A stretch of 39,142 nucleotides of DNA from an uncultured Candidatus Saccharibacteria bacterium. Lineage in GTDB: Bacteria; Patescibacteriota; Minisyncoccia; Minisyncoccales; CAZJJV01. Within the stretch, counting starts at the first letter, position 1. Each line of letters begins with the position of its first letter. The notes beneath the pieces were generated by a model. It searched no databases, had not been told where the DNA came from, and saw nothing but the letters and a program-made list of their open reading frames with translations. Below, one piece after another: positions 7,277 through 15,297 of this stretch. Both the position numbers and the translations under genes were made by a program. The stretch spans positions 1 to 39,142 of the forward strand of contig CAZJJV010000001.1 in NCBI GenBank assembly GCA_964546415.1, in the 5' to 3' direction.

Positions 7277-8880
7277 GGTGTTGGGAGATTATAAATAAAG
7301 ATGGGACCTTTTTCAATTTCAATATTTCCTTGAGGAAAAAGATTTAATAATTTTGATAATAATTTTTGATCAGGGCGCATTATCAAAACCTTAGCTGGTT
7401 TTTTTATTTCTATTTTATCTAAATCTTGGGGCAAAATATAAATTGCTTTTGATTTGGTGGGGTTTATATTTTCAATAAACATAATAGTTTGGGCTGGCAT
7501 AGGAATGCCATTAGGATAGGGCACCGGAACCCCAGAGACATTAACAATCACATATTTTGAAAGGCCCTTTTTTAGATTAACTAAATATTCTCCCATTTTA
7601 ACATAATTTTGAGAAAAAGCATCTTTGACCTCTTTTTTATTTGCCCATTTCACAAAATATTTATTATATTGGAAAAGCATTAGGGCTACCAAAAAAAGAA
7701 AAATGGCTATCTTGAGTAGCAGTTTATTTTTAGTAGAGAGAGTTAAAATTTGATAAATTTGCCAACCCCCCAAACCGGCAAGGATATAAACCGGAATGGT
7801 AGTTCCAATGGTTCTTAAAGCGTGGGGTATTCCTTCTCTGGTTAAAATTCCAGCCAAAAGCATAGCCAAAAAAGTAAAAGAGAGCAGGTAAGAAGTAGTA
7901 AGAAGTGGGTAGTTTTTATTTTGATAATTTGTTTTTTTAAAGATTTCTTTGAAGGTTAAAAACAAGCCAATTAAAAACAAAATGCCTACTGGCCAAAAAA
8001 GCTGGGGAGAGCCAGAGAAGTTGTGACGCCAGTTAGGATCTCCGTAAACATTAAACATTCCCAGGTGAGCCAAGAGAGACCTTAAAAATTCTTGGGCTGG
8101 ATTTTGGGCAGAAAAGATAGAAATAGGACCTGCTCTTTCCAGAAATTCTGTTGGATGATAAAGAAAATAAATGCCTAGGGGTAGGGCTACGAGAAAAATA
8201 GTAAAAAGGGCTAGAGAAACTAATTTTCCAAATTCTTTTTGAAGGTTTTGTTGTTTGAAATAAAGCCAACCAAAGAGAAAAACGAAGGGCAAAATTAAAA
8301 CTGCCATTCTAAAGGGAGTATAGGTGTAAAAACCCAACCCGAAAAACAATCCCCCAAAAATTGCCCACAAATACGTCTTTTTTGAAAGAGAAGACCCTTT
8401 CAGATCGTTGAAAGCCCTGAATAAAAAATAAAAAGAAAAGGCCAAAACAAAAGGCAGGAGAATTCCCCGAAAGGCAATTCTGGAGAAATTTGTGTGCCAA
8501 AAAGAAATACTCAAGAAAAAAGAGGCCAAAAGGGCAATTCTTTCTGGTGAAGGCGATTTTTTATTAGAAAAGGTAAATAACTCTTTGGTAAAAAGAAACA
8601 AACCTAAAACAGTGAGCGTTCCTATAAGGGCTGAAACAATTCTTAAAGAAAGAATTGAGGGTCCGAAAATTGAAAACGAAACAAAAACCAAATTAATAAA
8701 AAGTCCCTCTCTTCCATTGTTTTCTGGATAAAATATTTTGCCTGCTCTAAACAGGGCTTCGTTTCCATTAATGGCTTCATCTGGATAAAGGCCAGGGGGG
8801 AGGATGTTTATTTTCCAAAACCTAAAGAAGGTGGCTATCAGCAAAACCAACAATAATATCAACCAGTATTTTCTAGCCAT
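7273..8880 (-). CDS. polytopic membrane glycosyltransferase, GT39/GT83 ArnT-like family (paralogue of the downstream gene)
   Basis: FFRFWKINILPPGLYPDEAINGNEAL (DE motif in the first loop), many TM segments, and an ATGA overlap with the 5468-7276 gene. Confidence 0.75.
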   Translation of the reverse strand: MARKYWLILLLVLLIATFFRFWKINILPPGLYPDEAINGNEALFRAGKIFYPENNGREGLFINLVFVSFSIFGPSILSLRIVSALIGTLTVLGLFLFTKELFTFSNKKSPSPERIALLASFFLSISFWHTNFSRIAFRGILLPFVLAFSFYFLFRAFNDLKGSSLSKKTYLWAIFGGLFFGLGFYTYTPFRMAVLILPFVFLFGWLYFKQQNLQKEFGKLVSLALFTIFLVALPLGIYFLYHPTEFLERAGPISIFSAQNPAQEFLRSLLAHLGMFNVYGDPNWRHNFSGSPQLFWPVGILFLIGLFLTFKEIFKKTNYQNKNYPLLTTSYLLSFTFLAMLLAGILTREGIPHALRTIGTTIPVYILAGLGGWQIYQILTLSTKNKLLLKIAIFLFLVALMLFQYNKYFVKWANKKEVKDAFSQNYVKMGEYLVNLKKGLSKYVIVNVSGVPVPYPNGIPMPAQTIMFIENINPTKSKAIYILPQDLDKIEIKKPAKVLIMRPDQKLLSKLLNLFPQGNIEIEKGPIFIYNLPTP

Positions 8881-8886
8881 TATTTT

Positions 8887-8895
8887 ATTTTAACA
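8887..8895 (-). promoter_or_regulatory. extended -10 element TGTTAAAAT, 6 nt upstream of the ATG at 8880 (implies a leaderless transcript)
   Basis: Reverse complement of 8887-8895 reads TGTTAAAAT. The same 9-mer recurs at 8940-8948 (minus) and 9063-9071 (plus). Confidence 0.3.
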
Positions 8896-8969
8896 AAACA
8901 AAAAAAGAGAAACAATTTTAAAATAGGAAAGCCCAGCAGATTTTAACAAACCAAAACCAAACCTTAATG

Positions 8970-9006
8970 ATTCGCCTTAATACCACGATCGTGAGATAAG
9001 GCGAAT
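8970..9006. other. nested palindrome: 10-bp stem ATTCGCCTTA / TAAGGCGAAT enclosing the 10-nt palindrome CACGATCGTG
   Basis: Read directly. Arms at 8970-8979 and 8997-9006, inner palindrome at 8984-8993, followed by the G-rich GGGAGGGGGAAGGG. It lies between divergent gene starts, so it is not a terminator. Confidence 0.5.
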
Positions 9007-9027
9007 GGGAGGGGGAAGGGTCGAAAA

Positions 9028-9054
9028 TTAGCACTCAAACCTCTTGACTGCTAA
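9028..9054 (+). promoter_or_regulatory. CIRCE operator (HrcA binding site)
   Basis: TTAGCACTC-AAACCTCTT-GACTGCTAA against the consensus TTAGCACTC-N9-GAGTGCTAA (one mismatch), directly upstream of hrcA. Confidence 0.85.
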
Positions 9055-9071
9055 TTTTGGTTTGTTAAAAT
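9044..9071 (+). promoter_or_regulatory. putative sigma-70-type promoter of the hrcA operon: -35 TTGACT, 16-nt spacer, extended -10 TGT-TAAAAT
   Basis: TTGACT (9044-9049) overlaps the right CIRCE arm. TGTTAAAAT (9063-9071) ends 5 nt before the ATG at 9077. Confidence 0.4.
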
Positions 9072-9076
9072 ATAAT

Positions 9077-9772
9077 ATGATGACCAAAAGGCAAACTGAA
9101 ATTTTAAAGAAGATAGTGAAAGAACATATTGTCACCGCTCAACCAGTGAGTTCCCAATTATTGGAAGAGAAATACAACTGGGGGATTTCTCCGGCTACCA
9201 TTAGAATTGAAATGCAAAGATTAACTGATCAGGGCTATCTTTATCAGCCCCATACTTCGGCTGGCAGGGTTCCTACTGATAAGGGTTATAGGTTTTTCGT
9301 AGACGAGATAATAAAAAGAAAGGATTCTTTCTTTGAAATTGGAGATTGGATAGAAAAAGAAATTGAAAATGTTTTTGAAACGATCCAACACTTAACTAAA
9401 CGCTTATCTCAATTTTCTAAAACCCTAACCCTTACTTATTTAGAGAAGGAAAGAATAATATGGAAAGAGGGTTGGGAAGAGGTATTAAAAGAACCAGAAT
9501 TTAAAGAAAGAAAGCGTCTTTTCTCTTTTGTGGGACTTTTGGAAGAGTTGGAAGAAAATATAGAAAGGCTGGCTTTTGATTCTGAGATTAATATTTATAT
9601 TGGGAGAGAAAGCAATCTGAGGAATTGTCAAGATTTCGCTATTTTAACCTCAAGGCATAAATTACCAGACCAAAGAGAGGGAATATTTTCTCTTGTGGGG
9701 CCAAAAAGAATGAATTACGACAAAAACATTAAATTAATGAGATCTTTGGCTCGTTTCCTAGAAAAATTATAA
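9077..9772 (+). CDS. hrcA: heat-inducible transcription repressor HrcA (short form, 231 aa)
   Basis: TKRQTEILKKIVKEHIVTAQPVSSQLL...ISPATIRIEMQRLTDQGYLYQPHTSAGRVPTDKGYRFFVDE (winged HTH) and C-terminal LVGPKRMNYDKNIKLM. I start at the ATG at 9077 because the track's TTG at 9044 lies inside CIRCE and the -35 element. Confidence 0.85.
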   Translation: MMTKRQTEILKKIVKEHIVTAQPVSSQLLEEKYNWGISPATIRIEMQRLTDQGYLYQPHTSAGRVPTDKGYRFFVDEIIKRKDSFFEIGDWIEKEIENVFETIQHLTKRLSQFSKTLTLTYLEKERIIWKEGWEEVLKEPEFKERKRLFSFVGLLEELEENIERLAFDSEINIYIGRESNLRNCQDFAILTSRHKLPDQREGIFSLVGPKRMNYDKNIKLMRSLARFLEKL

Positions 9773-9777
9773 AAATT

Positions 9778-10278
9778 ATGGAAAAAGACAAAAAGGAAGA
9801 ATCTTTCAAAGAAAAAATAAAAGAATTAAAAAAGAAACTTCAAGAATGCGAAAAAGCAAAGCAAGAATATTTAGAGGGTTGGCAACGGGCAAGGGCTGAT
9901 TTCTTAAATTACAAGAAAGAAGAATTAAAGAGAGCAGAGGGTCTAATTGAATTTGCTAAGGAGGGAATGATTTTAAAAATTTTATCTATTTTAGATAATT
10001 TTGAAATTGCTGAAAAGAGTTTGCCCCAAGATTTAAAAGAAGACAAAAACATAAAAGGGCTTCTTTTAATAAAAAACCAATTAAAAGAGTTTTTAAAACA
10101 GAATGGAGTAGAAGAAATTGAGCTGAAAGGGGAAAAATTTGACCCGGCCTTTTGTGAGGTGATTGAAGCGATAGAGGATAAAGAGAAAGAATCTGGGGTG
10201 GTAATTGAAGAAATCCAGAAAGGTTATAAAATTAATGGTAGGGTTTTAAGGCCAGCCAAGGTAAAAGTGGTAAAATAA
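9778..10278 (+). CDS. grpE: nucleotide exchange factor GrpE
   Basis: Coiled-coil N-terminus, RARADFLNYKKE, FDPAFCEVIEAI and GYKINGRVLRPAKVKV are GrpE signatures. Position matches the hrcA-grpE-dnaK context. Confidence 0.9.
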   Translation: MEKDKKEESFKEKIKELKKKLQECEKAKQEYLEGWQRARADFLNYKKEELKRAEGLIEFAKEGMILKILSILDNFEIAEKSLPQDLKEDKNIKGLLLIKNQLKEFLKQNGVEEIELKGEKFDPAFCEVIEAIEDKEKESGVVIEEIQKGYKINGRVLRPAKVKVVK

Positions 10279-10336
10279 AATTTTAAACGAAAAGGTCGTA
10301 GTTTATTTAATTATTTAACCAACAAAAACAAACACT

Positions 10337-10795
10337 ATGGCATTGATTCCCTGGAGACCTTTTTGGGACTTGGAGAAATGGTTTGAGGAAGAATGGCCTG
10401 AGGAATGGTTTGGGGGAGCGGGCTTGTTGAAAAAATTAAGAGAGGGAGTGCCAATGATAAGAACCCCCCGAATGGATATCTATGAGGACAATGGTAATGT
10501 GGTGGCTGAGGTGGAATTGCCGGGAGTAGATCCAAAGAATATTGAGGTAGAGATTAAAGATAACGCCTTAAAGATTGAAGCCAAGACAAAAGAAAAGAAA
10601 GAAGAAAAGGGTAAGGGTTATTATCGAAAAGAGATTTCGGCAGGACTCTTCAAGAGAATTGTTTCATTACCCTCAGAGGTGATAGGAGAGAAGGCTAATG
10701 CTGAGTATGGAGACGGAATTTTAAAAGTGGTTATTCCTAAAGCCAAGCCCAAAAAGGAAAAGAAAAAGCCAATTAAAATAAAGGTTAAAAAATAA
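10337..10795 (+). CDS. Hsp20/alpha-crystallin family small heat-shock protein
   Basis: PRMDIYEDNGNVVAEVELPGVDPKNIEVEIKDNALKIEAK...FKRIVSLPSEV...AEYGDGILKVVIPK is the alpha-crystallin domain pattern. Confidence 0.9.
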   Translation: MALIPWRPFWDLEKWFEEEWPEEWFGGAGLLKKLREGVPMIRTPRMDIYEDNGNVVAEVELPGVDPKNIEVEIKDNALKIEAKTKEKKEEKGKGYYRKEISAGLFKRIVSLPSEVIGEKANAEYGDGILKVVIPKAKPKKEKKKPIKIKVKK

Positions 10796-10802
10796 AATAA
10801 TA

Positions 10803-10826
10803 ATTTGGCCATTTGGCTATTTGGTG
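10803..10826 (+). repeat. three tandem 8-bp units ATTTGGCC / ATTTGGCT / ATTTGGTG upstream of dnaK
   Basis: Read directly. An inverted copy CCAAAT lies at 10850-10855 and a further direct copy at 10860-10865. The 9-mer GCCATTTGG occurs at 10808-10816 and 10857-10865. Confidence 0.5.
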
Positions 10827-10877
10827 GATTGACGATTTCAGGGTCAGGACCAAATTGCCATTTGGTCAATTAATGAA

Positions 10878-12782
10878 ATGGCAAAGGTATTAGGTATTGA
10901 TTTGGGAACCTCTATTTCAAAAATGGCCGCCATTTTACATGGAGAGCCGAAGTGTTTGGAATCCAGAGAGGGTTCGATTTTGATTCCCTCAATGGTGGCT
11001 ATTTCAAAATCAGGCGAAAGATTGATTGGAGATTTGGCTAAGAGACAGGCTATTACCAATCCCCAAAATACCATTTTTGCTGTAAAAAGGTTTATTGGTA
11101 GAAGATGGTCTGACCCCGAGGTTCAAAAAGAACTAAAAAGGTTGCCCTACGAAACCAGAGAAGGAAAAGAGGGCCGGGTTGAAATTAAAATGGGAGAGAA
11201 GTGGTACACCCCAATTGAGATTTCGGCTATGATTTTGCAGAAAATAAAATTAGACGCCGAAGAAAAACTGGGGGAAAAGGTTGAAGGAGCGGTTATTACT
11301 TGTCCGGCTAATTTCGATGATTCTCAGAGGAGAGCCACCAAGGCGGCTGGCGAAATCGCCGGCTTTAAGGTTTATCGGATTATCAACGAACCGACAGCAG
11401 CCGCCTTAGCTTATGGTTTGGGAAAAAAGAAGCAAGAGAAAGTATTGGTTTATGATTTTGGGGGAGGAACATTTGATGTGACCATTTTGGATGTTTCTCC
11501 AGAAGCGGTAGAGGTTTTGGCTACCGGAGGAGAGGCCCATTTAGGAGGAGAGGATTTCGATCAACAAATTCTTAGTTGGGTTGTAGAGAAGTTCAAGAAA
11601 GAGGAAGGGATTGATTTAACAAAAGACTCCATGGCTTTACAAAGAATTAAAGACGCTTCAGAGAAAGCAAAAATTGAATTGTCTAGTGCCTTAGAAACTG
11701 AGATCAACCTTCCTTTTATTTCGGCTGATTCAGCCGGTCCCAAGCATTTACTTTACAAAATAACCCGAGCCCAATTTGAAGAGATGACCCGGGATTTAGT
11801 AGAGAAGTCCATCGAGAGGGTAAAAAAGACATTAGAGGAGGCAAAGTTAAAAAAAGAAGATATTGATGAGATAGTTTTGGTGGGTGGGACCACCTTAATT
11901 CCACAGGTTCGCCAGGCGGTAAAAGATTTTTTTGGCAAAGAACCCAATAAAACCATTCATCCTGAAGAGGTGGTGGCAATGGGAGCCGCTATTCAGGCCG
12001 AAATCCTCAAAGCCAAAGAAGAAGGAAGGGCCCCAGAAGGAGAAATAAAGTCCGTTTTATTGTTAGATGTTTTGCCTTTATCTTTGGGGATAGAAACCCT
12101 AGGAGGAATTAATACTATAATGATTCCCAAAAACACTACTATTCCTACCTCCAAAACCCAGATTTTTTCTACTGCTACTGATAATCAAACCTCAGTAGAA
12201 ATTAATGTATTACAGGGGGAACGACCTATGGCTCAAGATTGCCGCTCTTTAGGGAGATTTATTTTAGAGGGAATTCCACCTGCTCCTCGGGGGGTGCCCC
12301 AGATTGAGGTAACCTTTGATGTAGACACTAATGGGATTTTAACTGTTACTGCCAAAGATAAAGCAACTGGCAAGAGTCAGTCAATCAGGATTGAGGGATC
12401 TTTGGGTCTCTCAAAAGAAGAGATAGAAAGAATGAAAAAAGAGGCTCAAATGTATGCCGAAGAAGACAAAAAGAAGAGGGAATTGGTAGAGGCAAGGAAT
12501 GTGGCAGATAATTTAATTTATACTACCGAAAAAACCCTAAAAGAATCAGGAGACAAGATTTCTGAGGAACTCAAAAAAGAAATAAACGAAAAGTTAGAGG
12601 GGTTGAAAAAAGTAAAAGAAAAAGATAATATAGAAGATATAAAACAAAAAACCGCAGAACTTTCCCAAGTGATTCAAAAGATAGGAACTGAAATGTATAA
12701 AAGAGATCAGGCCCAGGAACCTTCTCAGAAAGAGCCAGAAAAACCAGAAGAACCAGAGGAAGGAGAATATCGAGAAAAATAA
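10878..12782 (+). CDS. dnaK: molecular chaperone DnaK (Hsp70)
   Basis: [58 protein letters not shown] and [12 protein letters not shown], full-length at 634 aa. Confidence 0.97.
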   Translation: MAKVLGIDLGTSISKMAAILHGEPKCLESREGSILIPSMVAISKSGERLIGDLAKRQAITNPQNTIFAVKRFIGRRWSDPEVQKELKRLPYETREGKEGRVEIKMGEKWYTPIEISAMILQKIKLDAEEKLGEKVEGAVITCPANFDDSQRRATKAAGEIAGFKVYRIINEPTAAALAYGLGKKKQEKVLVYDFGGGTFDVTILDVSPEAVEVLATGGEAHLGGEDFDQQILSWVVEKFKKEEGIDLTKDSMALQRIKDASEKAKIELSSALETEINLPFISADSAGPKHLLYKITRAQFEEMTRDLVEKSIERVKKTLEEAKLKKEDIDEIVLVGGTTLIPQVRQAVKDFFGKEPNKTIHPEEVVAMGAAIQAEILKAKEEGRAPEGEIKSVLLLDVLPLSLGIETLGGINTIMIPKNTTIPTSKTQIFSTATDNQTSVEINVLQGERPMAQDCRSLGRFILEGIPPAPRGVPQIEVTFDVDTNGILTVTAKDKATGKSQSIRIEGSLGLSKEEIERMKKEAQMYAEEDKKKRELVEARNVADNLIYTTEKTLKESGDKISEELKKEINEKLEGLKKVKEKDNIEDIKQKTAELSQVIQKIGTEMYKRDQAQEPSQKEPEKPEEPEEGEYREK

Positions 12783-12805
12783 ATATTTATATAAAGCATT
12801 AAACC

Positions 12806-13885
12806 ATGAAGGACTATTATAAAATTTTAGGCGTTTCTCGAGATGCTTCCCCTGAAGAGATAAAAAGGGCTTATTACAGGTTGGCCCATAAATATCATCC
12901 TGACAAAAGAGGAGGAGACGAAAAAAAATTTAAAGAGATAAATGAGGCCTATCAGGTTTTATCTGATAAAGAAAAGAGGGCTCAGTATGATAAATATGGA
13001 AGGGTTTTTGAGGGAGTAAGAGGTAGGACCGGGGAGGGATTTGATTTTCAATGGAGTTGGCCAAAATCTGGAGGTTTTGATTTTGAGGACCTAGAAGAAA
13101 TCATTGAGGAATTTTTTGGGTTTGGCCCTTTTAGAAAAAGAAAGAGAGATATTAAAAAAGGAAAAGACATTAGTATAGAGATAGAGATTCCCCTGGAAGA
13201 CACCTTAAAAGGAACAGAAAAAAAGATTAAATTAAAAAAATATGTTGTTTGTTCTCGTTGTCAAGGGAGCGGAGCGGAACCAGGGAGTAAAATAAAAGAG
13301 TGTTTTTCATGCCGAGGGACAGGGCAGGTTCAAGAGATCAAACAAACCCTTTTTGGTTCTTTCACCAGATATACAACCTGTCCAGAATGTGGGGGAGAGG
13401 GTTTTAGGCCAGAAAATTTATGTAATGTTTGCCGAGGAGAAGGAAGAATAAAAGGAGAAGAAGAGATTAGCGTTTGGGTTCCCCCTGGGGTGGATACAAA
13501 TCAAATAATAAAAATTGAAGGAAAGGGAGAGGCCGGTAGGAGGGGAGGAAAAAACGGAGATTTATATGTAAGGATAATCGTGAAAAAACATCCTGTTTTT
13601 GAAAGGAAGGGAGATGATCTTTTTGTGTCAGTACCTATTAGTTTTACCCAGGCAGCTTTGGGAGATGAGGTAGAGGTGCCTACCCTGGAAGGGAAAAAGA
13701 TTTTATTAAGGGTACCTCCTGGAACTGAATCTGGAAAGATATTTAAAATTTCTAAAAAAGGAATTCCTCATTTTGCTGGCCGTGGCAGAGGTAATCTTTA
13801 TGTAAATCTGGTTGTGAAAACTCCAAAGAAATTGACCAAAAAACAAAAAGAAATTTTGAAGAAATTAAGAGAAGAAGGATTGTAG
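12806..13885 (+). CDS. dnaJ: co-chaperone DnaJ (type I: J domain plus four CxxCxGxG zinc-finger repeats)
   Basis: [31 protein letters not shown], then [24 protein letters not shown] and CNVCRGEG. Confidence 0.95.
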   Translation: MKDYYKILGVSRDASPEEIKRAYYRLAHKYHPDKRGGDEKKFKEINEAYQVLSDKEKRAQYDKYGRVFEGVRGRTGEGFDFQWSWPKSGGFDFEDLEEIIEEFFGFGPFRKRKRDIKKGKDISIEIEIPLEDTLKGTEKKIKLKKYVVCSRCQGSGAEPGSKIKECFSCRGTGQVQEIKQTLFGSFTRYTTCPECGGEGFRPENLCNVCRGEGRIKGEEEISVWVPPGVDTNQIIKIEGKGEAGRRGGKNGDLYVRIIVKKHPVFERKGDDLFVSVPISFTQAALGDEVEVPTLEGKKILLRVPPGTESGKIFKISKKGIPHFAGRGRGNLYVNLVVKTPKKLTKKQKEILKKLREEGL

Positions 13886-13955
13886 CCCCCATAGCTCAAT
13901 GGTAGAGCAGCGGCCTTTTAAGCCGTTGATCTGGGTTCGATTCCTAGTGGGGGCA
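13885..13955 (+). tRNA. tRNA-Lys (anticodon UUU), 71 nt, CCA not encoded
   Basis: Hand-folded cloverleaf. Acceptor GCCCCCA / TGGGGGC (7 bp perfect). D arm GCTC-AATGGTA-GAGC. Anticodon arm GCGGC-CTTTTAA-GCCGT with TTT at 13917-13919. T arm CTGGG-TTCGATT-CCTAG. Discriminator A13955. Confidence 0.9.
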
Positions 13956-13956
13956 C

Positions 13957-15228
13957 ATGGCAAAATTTTGTTTGGTTACCTTTGGTTGCAAATTAAACCA
14001 AGCAGATTCAGCATTAATAAGAAGGGTTGTCGCCAAGTTCCACAAGGAGGCCTCAGAAAAAGAGGCCGATTTTGTTATTTTGAATACCTGTGGGGTGGTA
14101 GAAAAAACCGAACTAAAGATTATTAAAAAAGCTAAGGAGCTGAAAAGAAAAAGAAAAAAAATAGTTTTAGCCGGTTGTTTGCCATTGATTTCCCCTGAGG
14201 TAGCAAAGAATATAGCAGATGGAATGGTGGGTCCTACTAATATTTTGGATTTACCCAAGGTGATTAAAGGGGTTTTAAGGGGCAAAAAAACAATCTCTCT
14301 GAAGACAAGGTTTTTAGATAAGGCAAGGTTGGGGTGCGTTGCTTTAAATAAAGAAAGCTGTGTAGCGATTATTCCTATTTCAGAAGGTTGCCTGTCTTCT
14401 TGTGCTTATTGCGTGACCAGATTAGCCAGAAAAAAATTAAAGAGTTTTAAAAAGGAAGCAATTTTAGAAAATATAAAATCAGCCATTTCAATGGGAGCCA
14501 AAGAAATCCAGTTAACCTCCCAGGATTTAGCAATCTATGGATTAGATAAAGGAAAAATGGAATTAGGAGATCTTTTGAAAGAAATTGCTAAAATTCAAGG
14601 GAGTTTTAAGGTAAGATTAGGAATGATGAACCCTCAATATGCGAAAAGAATTTTTAACCAGATTTTAAAAATTCTAAAAGATGATAAATTTTATAAATTC
14701 TTACACTTACCTTTCCAATCAGGTTCTAACAATATTTTAAAGGCAATGGGACGAGGTTATAAAAGAGAGGACATTTTAAGATTAGTAAAAGGATTTAGAA
14801 GAAAATTTAAAAGAGGTTTGTTGGCTACTGATGTTATTGTAGGATTTCCAGGAGAGAGCGAAAGAGATTTTAAAGAGACCCTGTCTTTGGTGAAAAAGAT
14901 AAAACCCGACATTCTCCATATTTTCAAGTTTTCTAAAAGAAAAGGATCTCTCTGCGATCATTTAAAAGATTTTCCAGATAGGATTAAAAAAGAGAGATCT
15001 AAAATATTAACAAGGGTATGGAAAGAAATTGCCAAAGAGCAGAGCAGAAAATACTTGGGAAAAACCTTGAAGGTTTTGATTGTTGAGAAAAGAGGAAATA
15101 GTTTTTTGGCTAGGCCAGATTCTTACAAGGCGGTAATTTTAAAAGAGGGCAAGGTAGGGGAGTGGCAAAGAGTGAAGATTATAAAAACCAAACCAAATTA
15201 TTTGGTTGGTAAAGCCCTAAAAAATTAA
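13957..15228 (+). CDS. MiaB/MtaB/RimO-family radical-SAM methylthiotransferase, probably tRNA t6A37 methylthiotransferase (MtaB-like)
   Basis: N-terminal UPF0004-type TFGCKLNQADS and ILNTCGV. Radical-SAM CLSSCAYC (CxxxCxxC). C-terminal TRAM-like GKTLKVLIVEK...VKIIKTKPNYLVGKAL. Subfamily is inferred from context (adjacent tRNA-Lys UUU). Confidence 0.8.
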   Translation: MAKFCLVTFGCKLNQADSALIRRVVAKFHKEASEKEADFVILNTCGVVEKTELKIIKKAKELKRKRKKIVLAGCLPLISPEVAKNIADGMVGPTNILDLPKVIKGVLRGKKTISLKTRFLDKARLGCVALNKESCVAIIPISEGCLSSCAYCVTRLARKKLKSFKKEAILENIKSAISMGAKEIQLTSQDLAIYGLDKGKMELGDLLKEIAKIQGSFKVRLGMMNPQYAKRIFNQILKILKDDKFYKFLHLPFQSGSNNILKAMGRGYKREDILRLVKGFRRKFKRGLLATDVIVGFPGESERDFKETLSLVKKIKPDILHIFKFSKRKGSLCDHLKDFPDRIKKERSKILTRVWKEIAKEQSRKYLGKTLKVLIVEKRGNSFLARPDSYKAVILKEGKVGEWQRVKIIKTKPNYLVGKALKN

Positions 15229-15260
15229 ATTATTTCTCAGTTTTGTTAGATTTTTTCATT

Positions 15261-15289
15261 TTGACCGACTCTAAGAATTAAGTTAAAAT
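15261..15289 (+). promoter_or_regulatory. putative promoter of lysS: -35 TTGACC, 17-nt spacer, -10 TAAAAT
   Basis: TTGACC at 15261-15266 and TAAAAT at 15284-15289, which ends 8 nt before the ATG at 15298 (leaderless or near-leaderless). Confidence 0.35.
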
Positions 15290-15297
15290 AAAAAAAG

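Noticed and set aside
9044-9076. Track start (TTG at 9044) for hrcA
   Set aside because: The TTG lies inside the CIRCE right arm and the -35-like hexamer. HrcA homology begins at MMTKRQTEIL, so the ATG at 9077 (or 9080) is preferred.
10841-10870. CtsR-like operator (GGTCAGG... and GGTCAAT heptads) upstream of dnaK
   Set aside because: Only single imperfect heptads are present, not the tandem (A/G)GTCAAA-NAN-(A/G)GTCAAA arrangement. The ATTTGG repeats are reported instead as an unassigned element.
13899-14126. 75-aa plus-strand ORF starting inside the tRNA-Lys gene
   Set aside because: It overlaps the hand-folded tRNA and is out of frame with the well-supported methylthiotransferase CDS that starts at 13957.
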